Counted from the first letter of the stretch, positions 37,877-48,288 are shown. The stretch is DNA of 50,434 bases from Promethearchaeota archaeon (GCA_016930515.1 JAFGGO010000106.1:1-50434); one strand, 5' to 3'. Program-made: numbers and translations. Notes: generated by a model from the sequence alone, not told the origin.

Positions 37877-38824
37877 TTAAAAAAAAATTCGATTATTTGT
37901 TGTTTTAACTAAGAAGGGATATTTTTCGGGATCTATATCTTGTGCCACTTGATTTCCTTGCAAATCTAAACATTTGAGATTCGTTAAAGATTTTAAATGT
38001 TCTATTTCATTAGAATCTGATATAGAATTATTGGATAAGTTGATATTCTTAAGGGAGGGGATCAGATTAATGAGGTCAAGGTTTGAAATATGATTGTTCG
38101 ATAAATCGAGATATTCAAGGGAACGAAATGCAAGTATTTCCGAAATTTCGGATAAATCTTGAATGTTATTTCTAAATTCCGCCTTCCATCCCCTTACTTC
38201 GAACTCAATATCTGATAAATCTAGTTCGAGGAGGCGAGCATTTTTTAATTCGTAGTGAACGCTGAAAAAGCGTTTTTTAAGAGAATCCAACGCCTTGTAA
38301 TTTAAAAATATATCAGCTAGTTCTCCAGTGGTAAAATTCTCAATTCTTTGCGATCTCATCATCGATTTTAATTGATTCTTGAATAAATTACGAGAGGTGG
38401 TGCTTTTTCCTTTAAATAGCTTGATTTTAAGGATTTTTTTTATTTCTTGAACTAAAAGTTTTTTAGCAATCTCTTCTCCAATCAATTGCATGATATCGAC
38501 GATTAATATTAAGCAAGGAATGTTATTTTCGTGCTCTAATGCCCACTTAATTAGAGGAAGAGATTTCTGAACGAAACATTCTTTCATGATTTTCAACACG
38601 CATTCTCGAAGTTTATGGTTGTTTTCTGACACATAAGTATTTTCAAGGAATTTAAAAGAAATATTACCTCGATTTCCAATTTTTTTCAAGAATTGAAGGC
38701 TTTCAAGCCTAATCGCGTCGTTTTCTCCTTGTTCAACCAAGGAAACGAGCAAATTAACTGCCGAAGCGGGTGTAATATTATTATTGCTAAAGTCACTATA
38801 TATTGTTCCAGGGGAATATACCAT
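37877..38824 (-). CDS. HEAT-like repeat + leucine-rich repeat protein
   Basis: N-terminal helical repeats; LEYLDLSNNHI, LKNINLSNNSI, LKCLDLQGN. Confidence 0.85.
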   Translation of the reverse strand: MVYSPGTIYSDFSNNNITPASAVNLLVSLVEQGENDAIRLESLQFLKKIGNRGNISFKFLENTYVSENNHKLRECVLKIMKECFVQKSLPLIKWALEHENNIPCLILIVDIMQLIGEEIAKKLLVQEIKKILKIKLFKGKSTTSRNLFKNQLKSMMRSQRIENFTTGELADIFLNYKALDSLKKRFFSVHYELKNARLLELDLSDIEFEVRGWKAEFRNNIQDLSEISEILAFRSLEYLDLSNNHISNLDLINLIPSLKNINLSNNSISDSNEIEHLKSLTNLKCLDLQGNQVAQDIDPEKYPFLVKTTNNRIFF

Positions 38825-38879
38825 TAATAAATAAATAACGCACTTATCTGATATTTTTATCGTTTATAAAATAAATAAA

Positions 38880-39830
38880 CTAAAGAAATTGATATTGAGT
38901 AATTACCTCGATATCTCCAAAGACGCCATCTTCCAAAATATTTACTATTTCGTTACCACTCAGGTTTAAAGATCTTAATCCCTTGATTCTTGTTAAATAA
39001 TTAACGCTATCAATATGTTCTATTTTATTGTTAGCTAAATTGAGTTTAATCAATTTTGGAAGGCATTCCAAACCCTTAAGATCAGTTAATCGGTTATTTG
39101 ATAAATTCAGGGATTTTAATTGTTTCAGGTTAGACAATCCCGTAATATCTGAAATACTTTCAACAAAGTTGGGGTCTTGATGCATCCAAAGGTTCATATT
39201 CCACCCAATTTCCGAAAGATCCAATTCCGTGACAAGAGCGTTTTCCAATTCGTATCGAACAATCGAAAATTTGTTAATTAGTGCTTCAATCGTCATGTAA
39301 TTTATGAGGATTTCTGATAGCGCTTTAGAAGTTATGTTATTAGAATTGTATTCACGAACTACTTTTTTTATGGCTTTTTGATAACCTAGAAACTGATTTT
39401 GTAATTCAGTATCAGTATATATTTTTTCGCTTGATAGCGCTAAAGCGTTAATAATCGCCTTTTTTGCACTGTCATGGTTTATCTCGGACATTAATAGAAT
39501 TAGGTTAATTAATAAATCGTAATCTGTTTCATTGGAGAGCGCCCAATTGATTAAATTAACCGCTTGAAAGGAAAAAATCGATTTTAAAGCGTTTGCAGAA
39601 GCAATTCTCACATTTATATTACTATCGGAGAGCATTAAATTCTCAAGAGTAAAAAAAGCTTTTTTATCGTCTCTCAATGCTATTTTTTCCATGATTTTAA
39701 CGCATTTTACTCTAATTTCTTGAACGAGACTATTTTCTATCAAAGATTCAAGCAAGTTAAGAACTGTATTTCTGTCTAGTCGTCCATCTTGATATTCGCG
39801 ATATAAAGAGTCGGGATCGAAATTTGTCAT
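38880..39830 (-). CDS. HEAT-like repeat + LRR protein (tandem paralog)
   Basis: LENLMLSDSNINVRIASA; LKSLNLSNNRL, LIKLNLANNKI, LRSLNLSGN. Confidence 0.85.
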   Translation of the reverse strand: MTNFDPDSLYREYQDGRLDRNTVLNLLESLIENSLVQEIRVKCVKIMEKIALRDDKKAFFTLENLMLSDSNINVRIASANALKSIFSFQAVNLINWALSNETDYDLLINLILLMSEINHDSAKKAIINALALSSEKIYTDTELQNQFLGYQKAIKKVVREYNSNNITSKALSEILINYMTIEALINKFSIVRYELENALVTELDLSEIGWNMNLWMHQDPNFVESISDITGLSNLKQLKSLNLSNNRLTDLKGLECLPKLIKLNLANNKIEHIDSVNYLTRIKGLRSLNLSGNEIVNILEDGVFGDIEVITQYQFL

Positions 39831-39864
39831 TACTTTTATTTTATGTTAGCATTGCTTAAAAATA

Positions 39865-39981
39865 TCACAAATTGGCGAAAGGAAAGGCTTTCTTCGCAAT
39901 ACTTCGAAGTTCATTGTATTCCTCGTGTTCCAATACATAATCTTTCGAAAATAATTCCTTGATCTCTTCGTCATCAAAAAT
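39865..39981 (-). CDS. Possible 38-aa small protein (IFDDEEIKELFSKDYVLEHEEYNELRSIAKKAFPFANL), ATT start
   Basis: Protein-like open frame below the track cut-off, with GGGAG just upstream; no canonical start in frame. Confidence 0.3.
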   Translation of the reverse strand: MFDDEEIKELFSKDYVLEHEEYNELRSIAKKAFPFANL

Positions 39982-40069
39982 GTTTCTCCCTTATAATTTA
40001 ATGATTTAGTATATTTAGATCTTTAATATAAATATGTTTGGTAGAAAAGTGGAATTATTCTAAAATAAT

Positions 40070-41212
40070 TTAAAAAAATTCTCTAGATTCCTTGAACTTT
40101 TTAGCCATTGTCGTCTTGAGTTGGTTAAAGGGTTTTAAATTACCCGAGAACGGATGTTTGATAGCACTTTTAAGTAAAGGCTCCAATTGAGCTTCCATCT
40201 TTTCTAACTTGCCCAAGTTTCCTTCTGAAAGTAAGGAGGCATAATAGTCGTTTTGTAGTTTTTTAAAGGTAAGAAATCGATAGTTTTGAAAACCAAGCTT
40301 TACGGCAATCCACCTAGGGGTTGCACCAGTATTTCCTAAGGTGTTAGCTGCAATTGCTTCGATCTTTGCCGTGAGCATGGATTCCTTCATTTCTTGGATC
40401 TCTTCGGGACTATCGAAATTCCCAGGAAACTCAACATGAAGCTCGTCTCCAAATAATAACGAAATAACACCAATAGAACGGGAAGATAATCCAAAGTAAT
40501 GTACTTTAAGCTTATTTTCGACATAAGGTATCTCTTGATCAGAGAACACATCTTGGATCTTGGTATATTCTCTAAGAATAAATTTCAAGATGCTATTGAA
40601 TTTTAGAGTTATTTGGTGTTTCTCGTATTTGGTAAGATCATCGATTTTTTTATCTCTAACAAGGTCCATGAAATATTTGTGCATTTGTTCTAAAATCCAA
40701 GAAGCTTTCTTGTCAGGAAAAATACCATATACGAGAAATATTATATCATTCTTAACAAGGAATAAGATCTTTTCAGTTTCATGAGTCTTTTCTGATATTA
40801 ATGTCATTTTATCAAGCTCGCCCCCTAAAATGCTGGTTGCGATAAAATCTAGGTTGTTTGTGAGCTCTAAAAAATAGATATATTTGTCGCTATTGTGATA
40901 TAATTGCGTGCGGTTTACAGAAGTAATCCCAAGGAGCTTGATGTATTCGTTTTTTGATAATGCAATAAAATCGGACTCGATGCTGATGTCTTCCTCACGT
41001 TGTTTAACGCGAACCTTTCCTTGTAGTTTTTCTGCAACAGTAGAATTAGTCCCTACTTTTTGAGATAAATCCAAGTATTCTTGCTTTTGTTCGTAAAGAT
41101 CAGACAAGTAATTATTGCATCTTGGACATCTTTTATTTTTCGGAAACGGTCTTACGACATTGTATCCACAAGATTTACATGGTATTGAATCTTTCTGAAA
41201 AAAACTTGAAAT
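40070..41212 (-). CDS. Zinc-ribbon + tandem longin/roadblock-like protein
   Basis: The track ORF (to 41107) extends 35 codons in frame, including CKSC...CPRC. The body has longin/roadblock-like strand-helix patterns. Confidence 0.55.
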   Translation of the reverse strand: MSSFFQKDSIPCKSCGYNVVRPFPKNKRCPRCNNYLSDLYEQKQEYLDLSQKVGTNSTVAEKLQGKVRVKQREEDISIESDFIALSKNEYIKLLGITSVNRTQLYHNSDKYIYFLELTNNLDFIATSILGGELDKMTLISEKTHETEKILFLVKNDIIFLVYGIFPDKKASWILEQMHKYFMDLVRDKKIDDLTKYEKHQITLKFNSILKFILREYTKIQDVFSDQEIPYVENKLKVHYFGLSSRSIGVISLLFGDELHVEFPGNFDSPEEIQEMKESMLTAKIEAIAANTLGNTGATPRWIAVKLGFQNYRFLTFKKLQNDYYASLLSEGNLGKLEKMEAQLEPLLKSAIKHPFSGNLKPFNQLKTTMAKKFKESREFF

Positions 41213-41286
41213 GGTGACTCATCTTGCCTTAGAAATTAATATATAAGAAATATAGGTTTAAAAGTTTTAAATATTTATATTCTGCG

Positions 41287-42384
41287 TTATAAATATTCCG
41301 CCGCTATCTCCTTAAAAGCTTCGAGGAACTTGTCGTTTTCGTATTTAGTTCCGATGGAAACTCTTAAGTAATTATAGAGTCCCGTCTTGCTGAAATGTCG
41401 AACTAGTATTTTTTTCTTTTCCTTTAGATCCCATAAGAACTTTAAAGTTATGGACTTGTCTTCAAATTTTACTAAAACAAAATTAGCATCTGAAGGTAAT
41501 ACGCTCACACCATTGTAAGAGTTCAATACATCTGTTAACCTCTTTCTTTCCGATACGATAAGCTTGTTTTGCTCCATTAACTTTTTTCTGTGTTTGATAC
41601 AAGATATCGCCGCAACTTGGGCGATCATATTCGCATTATAAGGTAATTTCACGTTATTCATTAGTTTAATGATATCTTTATCAGCTAAAGCGTATCCAAA
41701 GCGTAAAGACGCTAAAGAAAATGTCTTGGAAAAAGTACGCGCCACGATTAGATTGTCTGCCTGTTTTAACAAGGGTAAACTCGTCTTTTCAGAAAAATCG
41801 GCGTATGTTTCGTCTACAACAACGATACCGGGAAAATTCTTACAGATTTTTAATATAGAATCGTTATCAAAAGATTTCCCGTTAGGATTATTCGGTGAAT
41901 TAATGAACATTACCTTTCCTTTTGCGTTAAATGCGGGTTCTGGGAGGGAGAAATCCTCGTTCAGCTTGATTTCATTGATTTTTGCCCCGTATAAGGATGC
42001 AAGCACGCTATACATGCCGTAAGAAGGGTAGAAAAATACAACTTCGTCACCAGGGTCAACGAATACTTTAAAAATCGTATCCAAGACTTCGTCGCAACCA
42101 TTTCCTACGAAAACAGTATTTCTATCTGTCAAGGTATCTTTTTCGATTAATAATGCTGATACGATTAACTTTCTTACTTCAAACGCAGTTGGGTCAGGAT
42201 ATTTTCTTAACCTATCGTTAATGGCGTTTTTAATGTCCCCAAGAATTTCTGGAAGAGGAGGAAAGGCGTTTTCATTAGTATTTAGTTTAATCCATCCATC
42301 TCCAGTAGGTTGTTCGCCAGGTTCGTAAGGAGAATATTTTTTTAATGGTTCTCTTATTAAATTGTTTAAATCCATTTTACGCAC
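41287..42384 (-). CDS. hisC: Histidinol-phosphate aminotransferase
   Basis: KLNTNEN, YPD, GNGCDE, PNNP, DETY, RTFSK..SLASLRFGY. Confidence 0.97.
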   Translation of the reverse strand: MRKMDLNNLIREPLKKYSPYEPGEQPTGDGWIKLNTNENAFPPLPEILGDIKNAINDRLRKYPDPTAFEVRKLIVSALLIEKDTLTDRNTVFVGNGCDEVLDTIFKVFVDPGDEVVFFYPSYGMYSVLASLYGAKINEIKLNEDFSLPEPAFNAKGKVMFINSPNNPNGKSFDNDSILKICKNFPGIVVVDETYADFSEKTSLPLLKQADNLIVARTFSKTFSLASLRFGYALADKDIIKLMNNVKLPYNANMIAQVAAISCIKHRKKLMEQNKLIVSERKRLTDVLNSYNGVSVLPSDANFVLVKFEDKSITLKFLWDLKEKKKILVRHFSKTGLYNYLRVSIGTKYENDKFLEAFKEIAAEYL

Positions 42385-42435
42385 TCATTTTTATAACTAA
42401 TAATAATAAGTTATATTAGATTCTAATTTAAGTTT

Positions 42436-43758
42436 TCACTTCGAATCTACCGAATTATCATCCTTGAGTCGCTCTTCAATAGATTCTTTGTGGCCAATCA
42501 ACCCTTCAAATTGAGCAAGTATTGTTGCAGAGGTACTCAGTTGCTTTAAACCTTCCTTATTGCACTCTAAAACATCAATTATTTTTAAAAACTCGAGGGT
42601 ATTTAATCCCGAATACTTTTTAGCGTTTCCGCCTGTAGGTAGCACGTGATTCGTCCCCGCAGAATAATCTCCTAACGGTACTGGTGAAAATGGACCTAAA
42701 AAAATCGCTCCCGCATTGATAATTTTCTCAAGTAAAGAGCGTGGCTTTTGCGTCATTATCTGCAAGTGTTCGGGAGCAATTATGTTGCTAATTCGCACGC
42801 AATCGTCTAAATCCAATGCTTTTATCAATAAAGAATTATTTTCCAATGCAGATTCAATTATTTGCTTTCTATTAGAGCGTTGGACAAGTGGTAAAATATT
42901 TTGATTTATGGTTTCAAGGAGCTCAGAAGAAGGCGAAACGACGATACCAATATTATCAGGATCGTGTTCTACTTGAGAAATAAGGTCCAACATCACATAA
43001 TTGATGTTTGTGGTTTTATCTGCAATGATCAAGATTTCTGATGGTCCTGCGGGCGTGTCAATGGCAACAACATTTGAAACGAGTTGCTTACAGGCGTTAA
43101 CCCACTTATTTCCAGGACCGACGATCTTTTGAACGGAAGGTATGGTTTCGGTTCCATAGGCCATTGCTGCGATAGCTTGAGCGCCCCCCACCTTGTAGAT
43201 CTTTTTTATTCCGAACTCGTTAGCGGCAACGAGAATGGCGGGGGAAATATTACCATTTGGTTGAGGTGGAGAGCAAAGAATGATATCTTTTACTCCTGCT
43301 ACTAGTGCGGGACTTGCTGTCATTAATACCGTGCTTGGATATATAGCTCTCCCACCTGGGACATAAATTCCTACAGATTCAATAGGGCGATAGATCTGTC
43401 CTGCATTAATTCCATTATCAATAACGATAGACCAATCATCTCTTTTTTGGGCTTGATGGAAAGTAAAAAGATTATTTTTTGCTACTCGAATAGCTTCTAT
43501 TAAAGATTGATCAACTAGATCGTATGCCCTGGAAATTTCATCGTTCCTAACAAGTATCTCCGTAGAATTTAATTTTACTTTATCAAATTTCATTGTATAC
43601 GATACAATAGCACGATCTCCTTCTTGTTTAACGCGGGTAATTATTTCTTCTACATCAGATCTTATTTCCTCTATCTGTAGAGTCGTGCGCGGGATGTAAT
43701 TGGAAATTGTTTGTTCTGAAATATCTTCAGAAGATACTATTTTTAAGAAATTCTCCAC
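42436..43758 (-). CDS. hisD: Histidinol dehydrogenase
   Basis: YVPGG, GGAQAIAA, GPGN, AGPSE, APEHL, GDYSAGTNHVLPT. Confidence 0.98.
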   Translation of the reverse strand: MENFLKIVSSEDISEQTISNYIPRTTLQIEEIRSDVEEIITRVKQEGDRAIVSYTMKFDKVKLNSTEILVRNDEISRAYDLVDQSLIEAIRVAKNNLFTFHQAQKRDDWSIVIDNGINAGQIYRPIESVGIYVPGGRAIYPSTVLMTASPALVAGVKDIILCSPPQPNGNISPAILVAANEFGIKKIYKVGGAQAIAAMAYGTETIPSVQKIVGPGNKWVNACKQLVSNVVAIDTPAGPSEILIIADKTTNINYVMLDLISQVEHDPDNIGIVVSPSSELLETINQNILPLVQRSNRKQIIESALENNSLLIKALDLDDCVRISNIIAPEHLQIMTQKPRSLLEKIINAGAIFLGPFSPVPLGDYSAGTNHVLPTGGNAKKYSGLNTLEFLKIIDVLECNKEGLKQLSTSATILAQFEGLIGHKESIEERLKDDNSVDSK

Positions 43759-43769
43759 CTCCAGAGCGT

Positions 43770-44759
43770 TTATATTTGTTCTAAAGGTAATATTTGTCGG
43801 GGTTCGTGTACTACTAATCCTTGAGCGTATTTCCGCAATAGAGGTATGAGACTAAGAAAATCCACCTTTTTAATGACTGTGTTTATTGCACACCATCCAT
43901 TGGAATCATCTCCAGCAAGTTTTGAGATCGTTGGTCGTTTTAATGCGGGCAGACTTGTCAAGATCTTGTCTAAATTTTCTTGCCTGACATTGAGAAAAAT
44001 GTGTAGCTTTTTTGATGCTTCTATCACACCCATTAAAAGTACTTTTAAATCCTTAATTTTTTCTCGCTTCCATTCGTCTTTTAAGGCGTTTTTATTTGCT
44101 ATGAGCACGGCCGTTGAGGTATCAATGATGTCCACAATCTTGAGATTATTTGCTTTTAGTGTTGATCCTGTTGATGTATTATCTATGATGACATCTACTT
44201 CTTCAGGTGGTTTTGCTTCGGTGGCACCAAACGATAAAAAGATTTTTACCTTCTCGTTTTCGCCCCAAGATTTCCACGGAGTGATAACTCGAGGTGGTTT
44301 ATTTCCATATAGCTTCTTGTATGTTTGGTTATTTTGAATGTAATTAAGAGAAAGAGTAAGATATTCTGTAGAAAATCTCAAGACTTTCTTATCTTCGGAA
44401 AACTTTTTTAAAACATCGTCGAGAGAGTTTGCATAATCCCAGGTGTTTGGGACGCAAAATACGATTTTTACACCACCAATTTCCAAATCTAAAATTACTT
44501 CAACATCTGCGTTTGTTTCTTTAACCCAATCTATTCCCGAGATCCCCAAATCAAATTCATCTTCACCCATGAGGTAATTTGGAATTTCTTGCGGTCTTAA
44601 TAATTTGATATAAATCTCTGGATCTCCAATAGTGGGTTTATAATCTCGACTTGATGAGAAGTTAAGTTTAAGTCCTGCTTGCTTGAAAAAATCGGATACT
44701 ACATCTTGCAAACTTCCTTTTGGAATGGTCAATTTTAAAAGTTTGTTATTTATTGACAT
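43770..44759 (-). CDS. hisG: ATP phosphoribosyltransferase (long form)
   Basis: PKGSL, RPQEIP, DLGISGIDW, GATE, TGSTLKANNL, C-terminal PTIS domain. Confidence 0.96.
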   Translation of the reverse strand: MSINNKLLKLTIPKGSLQDVVSDFFKQAGLKLNFSSSRDYKPTIGDPEIYIKLLRPQEIPNYLMGEDEFDLGISGIDWVKETNADVEVILDLEIGGVKIVFCVPNTWDYANSLDDVLKKFSEDKKVLRFSTEYLTLSLNYIQNNQTYKKLYGNKPPRVITPWKSWGENEKVKIFLSFGATEAKPPEEVDVIIDNTSTGSTLKANNLKIVDIIDTSTAVLIANKNALKDEWKREKIKDLKVLLMGVIEASKKLHIFLNVRQENLDKILTSLPALKRPTISKLAGDDSNGWCAINTVIKKVDFLSLIPLLRKYAQGLVVHEPRQILPLEQI

Positions 44760-44961
44760 TCGATATCGTTTAGTATCTATTTTTTTTAAAATTAATATGC
44801 AATATCTTACAAAGATTTTGAAATTTTTGATTTTTCTTGAAAATCCAAATACACGCCAACGCTGGTGTAAAACACTAATTTTTAAAAAGCTTTAATCTAC
44901 TAATAATATATATCAAATAAATTAGAACATATGAAGATTAATTTTTAATGGAGAAAATATC

Positions 44962-45786
44962 ATGCCACTGGCTTTAATGTTTCATGTAAAAGATGGAGGC
45001 GTTTCTGAGCCCGTAAAATGGAATAAAGACAACCTACAAGATGATCGATCCATCATCATTCTTGACGAGGGTTCATCTTCACTGTATTTGTGGCACGGAT
45101 CGAAACAAAGCCTTGTTCAACGTCGAACAGCCCTTAGACAAGCCCAATCCTTGAAGGGTCATGGATATACAATTGGAAAAAGCATTATCGGAAGAGATAC
45201 CAAGCAAATTATAGAAATCGACCAGAGAAAAATTGGAAGAGAACCTGAAACAACGAAAAATCACGACCAGCTTCAAGAAATTTTAAATAAAAAATTCAAG
45301 CAGGTTGACGAACTTGTAATCACCTTTCAATTAGAAGACACGAGTCCAACGATTTCAAAACCAAAAGTTAAAGCGCAAATTCAAACCATGAAAGCCGAGA
45401 GCACTTCAAAACAAACCTCGACGAAGCTTTCCAAACCAGTCGTTCAAGCAAAAGCAAAAGTTTCCGCCCCTTCATCACAGAGCACACCTAGAATGGCGAG
45501 CGAATATCAAGAACCTGTTAAACCCGCCTCGGCACAGCAAGAAAGAACGCTAGATCAAGCCAAGATTGGGATGCTCATAGCAAGTATATTACAAAAATAC
45601 GAGGACATATGGATTTCCAAAAAATCCGATGGAAGTTATAGCGTAGAGATGATGGACGGGCCAATATGTAGCTTTTCGATTTCAGGCGGTACAATTAATT
45701 TTTTGAGGAATAGTTTTAATGGAATATCGACAAATATAAAGAGCGAAATTCAGAAAAACTACGAAGATATGGCGAAATTATTGTAA
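44962..45786 (+). CDS. Gelsolin-homology domain protein with low-complexity linker and C-terminal domain
   Basis: L.DDRSIIILDE....LYLWHGS...VQRRTA...A..L pattern of gelsolin repeats; S/T/K/P-rich linker. Confidence 0.65.
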   Translation: MPLALMFHVKDGGVSEPVKWNKDNLQDDRSIIILDEGSSSLYLWHGSKQSLVQRRTALRQAQSLKGHGYTIGKSIIGRDTKQIIEIDQRKIGREPETTKNHDQLQEILNKKFKQVDELVITFQLEDTSPTISKPKVKAQIQTMKAESTSKQTSTKLSKPVVQAKAKVSAPSSQSTPRMASEYQEPVKPASAQQERTLDQAKIGMLIASILQKYEDIWISKKSDGSYSVEMMDGPICSFSISGGTINFLRNSFNGISTNIKSEIQKNYEDMAKLL

Positions 45787-45945
45787 TTTTTTCTTCTTTT
45801 ATTTACTATTATTTTTAATCAAGTTAGCACTCAATATTATTCTTATAATCATAATTTTAATATGATACTCCTACTTTATTTTATTCATAATTTTCTGCAT
45901 AACAATTCTGTACAAGATAAGTAAAGATTAACTCAGGTGATATAG

Positions 45946-46485
45946 ATGCTTAACGCGGATGCAACATATAAAATAGCGATTTTCGGTGAAGGAGGCGTGG
46001 GTAAAACCACTCTAACTCAACGATATTTAACCGGTATTTTCAAATTGGACACTCAACTAACTATGGGTGCTGAAATTTTTATAAAATACTTGGACATCGA
46101 AGGTAAGAGAATAGTTTTACAGATCTGGGATTTTGGTGGCGAAGAGAGGTTTCGATTTTTATTACCTACTTACGCACACGGTTCAAACGGCGGAATATTC
46201 ATGTTTGATACTTCGCGATATTCGACTTTAACGAAGTTAGAAGGTTGGCTCGAGGTATTCCGGGAAGGATTAGGGGAACAAGGCAAAAAAATACCCGTGC
46301 TTCTCGTCGGTGGAAAAGTCGACCTGAGTCAAGATCAGCAGGTTTTTAGAGAAGACGCAATGAATCTGGTAAAATCTCATGAAATGTACGACTATCTCGA
46401 ATGCTCTGCTAAAACAGGACATAATGTATCTTTGATTTTTGAGTCGCTCGTTCGAAGAATCATGGAAAGAGTAGGTTTTCTCTAA
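45946..46485 (+). CDS. Rab-like small GTPase (atypical G3/G4)
   Basis: GEGGVGKT, T.G, WDFGGEERFR, GGKVD, ECSAK. Confidence 0.93.
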   Translation: MLNADATYKIAIFGEGGVGKTTLTQRYLTGIFKLDTQLTMGAEIFIKYLDIEGKRIVLQIWDFGGEERFRFLLPTYAHGSNGGIFMFDTSRYSTLTKLEGWLEVFREGLGEQGKKIPVLLVGGKVDLSQDQQVFREDAMNLVKSHEMYDYLECSAKTGHNVSLIFESLVRRIMERVGFL

Positions 46486-46521
46486 CCGTTCATTAATAAG
46501 TTAAAACTCAAGGAGAACATC

Positions 46522-48270
46522 ATGAAGTTCTTGGAAATTGCACGCCTTTTTTCAGATTTGGAAAACACATCGAAAAGGCTCGAGATGACAGAAATTCTGT
46601 CAAATTTTTTCCAAAACATAAAAGACGGAGGAGATTTCTCCGATTTAAATAAAGTAATGTACCTACTTCAAGGACAATTGACTCCAAACATGAAACAATT
46701 TCCAAAAATGGGAATAGCAGAAAAAATGATAATAGACGCCCTATCTATTCATTCGGGAGTGAGCAAATCTAAAATTGTCGAAATAAAAAATAAAAAAGGA
46801 GATGTGGGGCTCGCGGCAGAATTCATACTTGCCAGAAAAAAAAAGCAAAAATCACTTATTGATTTTGAATCGAAAGGCCAACAACAAGGTTCTCTGGATA
46901 TATCTGAAGTGTATTCAGAGTTCGAAAAAATTGCATTAACCCACGGTCCAAAATCAAGCGATATAAAGCTTGGAATTCTAAGAGGATTAATGAATGATCC
47001 ATTGGAAACAAAGTATTTAATTAGGATTATAATGTCTACATTAAGAGTCGGTGCATCTACCCAAACCATTATTGACGGATTAGCTCTGGGTTTCACTGGT
47101 TCAAAACAGAATAGAGACATTATTGAAAGGGCGTATAACCTCCATCCTGACTTGGGCGATATTGCAAGGATTTTAGCGGAAAGGGGTATTAACGAGATTA
47201 AGAATATCCAAATAGAATATGGGACGCCTATTAGGAATATGCTTGCATCAAGAGTACCATACACGGAGATTCCAGTGAAATTAGGAATACCATTTATCGC
47301 AGAATACAAGTTGGATGGAGAAAGGCTACAGATACATAAAATGGGAGAGAGAATAATGCTTTTTTCTCGACAGCTATTAGAGATTTCAGATCAATACCCC
47401 GATGTTTGTGAAATGATCAAACAAAATATTATAGCTAAAAATGTCATTCTTGAGGGAGAGGTTGTTGCAATGGATGCATTTTACGAACAAATGCTGCCTT
47501 TTCAAGTACTCAGCAAGAGACGGCGCAAGTACGATGTGGAAAACATTTCAAAAGAAATACCCGTGTGTGTGTTCTTGTTTGATTTATTAAAATTCGAAAG
47601 CGAATCTTATATTGATAAACCCTTGCCATCTCGGAGGAAAAAACTCGAAGAAATAACGAAAGAAAGGGAAGAGTTAAAGCTAGTTAATTCTGTTCAAGTT
47701 AAAGATGTTGAGGAATTGGTGTCTTTTTTCAACGAGGCCCGTAAAAAGGGAAACGAAGGAGTAATGACGAAATCTATCAAGGCAGATTCGGTATATCAAC
47801 CAGGGAACCGCGGGTTCTTGTGGATAAAATTAAAAGGCCTTGAAGGAGGCAAATTGCTTGATTCAGTCGATTTAGTAATAATTGGTGGATTTTACGGGGA
47901 GGGAAAACGTACAGGTGTTTTTGGTACCTATTTAGGCGCCGTGTATAACCCAGAGAAAGACGATTTCGAAGCATTTTCACGAGTTGGTGCAGGATTCTCC
48001 GATGACATGCTAAAATTATTATCGAGTGAAACAAAAAAGTTAAAATTAGAAAAAAAGCATAAAAAAGTCAATTGCGACGATAAACCAGATGTTTGGTTCA
48101 GTCCAGAGATAGTAATTGAAATCATTGGCGATGAAATAACATTAAGCAATAAATTCTCTTCCTTAGGATATTCAATGCGATTTCCTGTCTTTCAACGGCT
48201 CAGACAGGATAAAGGGCCAACAGATATAACTACCATTGATGAGATTGAAAATTTATACCAAAACCAATAA
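46522..48270 (+). CDS. lig: ATP-dependent DNA ligase
   Basis: EYKLDGER, LEGE, FDLL, EGVMTK, WIKLK, DLVIIG, RFPVF.R.R.DK. Confidence 0.98.
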   Translation: MKFLEIARLFSDLENTSKRLEMTEILSNFFQNIKDGGDFSDLNKVMYLLQGQLTPNMKQFPKMGIAEKMIIDALSIHSGVSKSKIVEIKNKKGDVGLAAEFILARKKKQKSLIDFESKGQQQGSLDISEVYSEFEKIALTHGPKSSDIKLGILRGLMNDPLETKYLIRIIMSTLRVGASTQTIIDGLALGFTGSKQNRDIIERAYNLHPDLGDIARILAERGINEIKNIQIEYGTPIRNMLASRVPYTEIPVKLGIPFIAEYKLDGERLQIHKMGERIMLFSRQLLEISDQYPDVCEMIKQNIIAKNVILEGEVVAMDAFYEQMLPFQVLSKRRRKYDVENISKEIPVCVFLFDLLKFESESYIDKPLPSRRKKLEEITKEREELKLVNSVQVKDVEELVSFFNEARKKGNEGVMTKSIKADSVYQPGNRGFLWIKLKGLEGGKLLDSVDLVIIGGFYGEGKRTGVFGTYLGAVYNPEKDDFEAFSRVGAGFSDDMLKLLSSETKKLKLEKKHKKVNCDDKPDVWFSPEIVIEIIGDEITLSNKFSSLGYSMRFPVFQRLRQDKGPTDITTIDEIENLYQNQ

Positions 48271-48288
48271 GAGTGTTTCTAAAATAGT

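Noticed and set aside
46749-47309. 186-aa antisense ORF inside DNA ligase (also 43846..44337 inside hisG)
   Set aside because: Fully antisense to well-conserved genes with no independent coding signal
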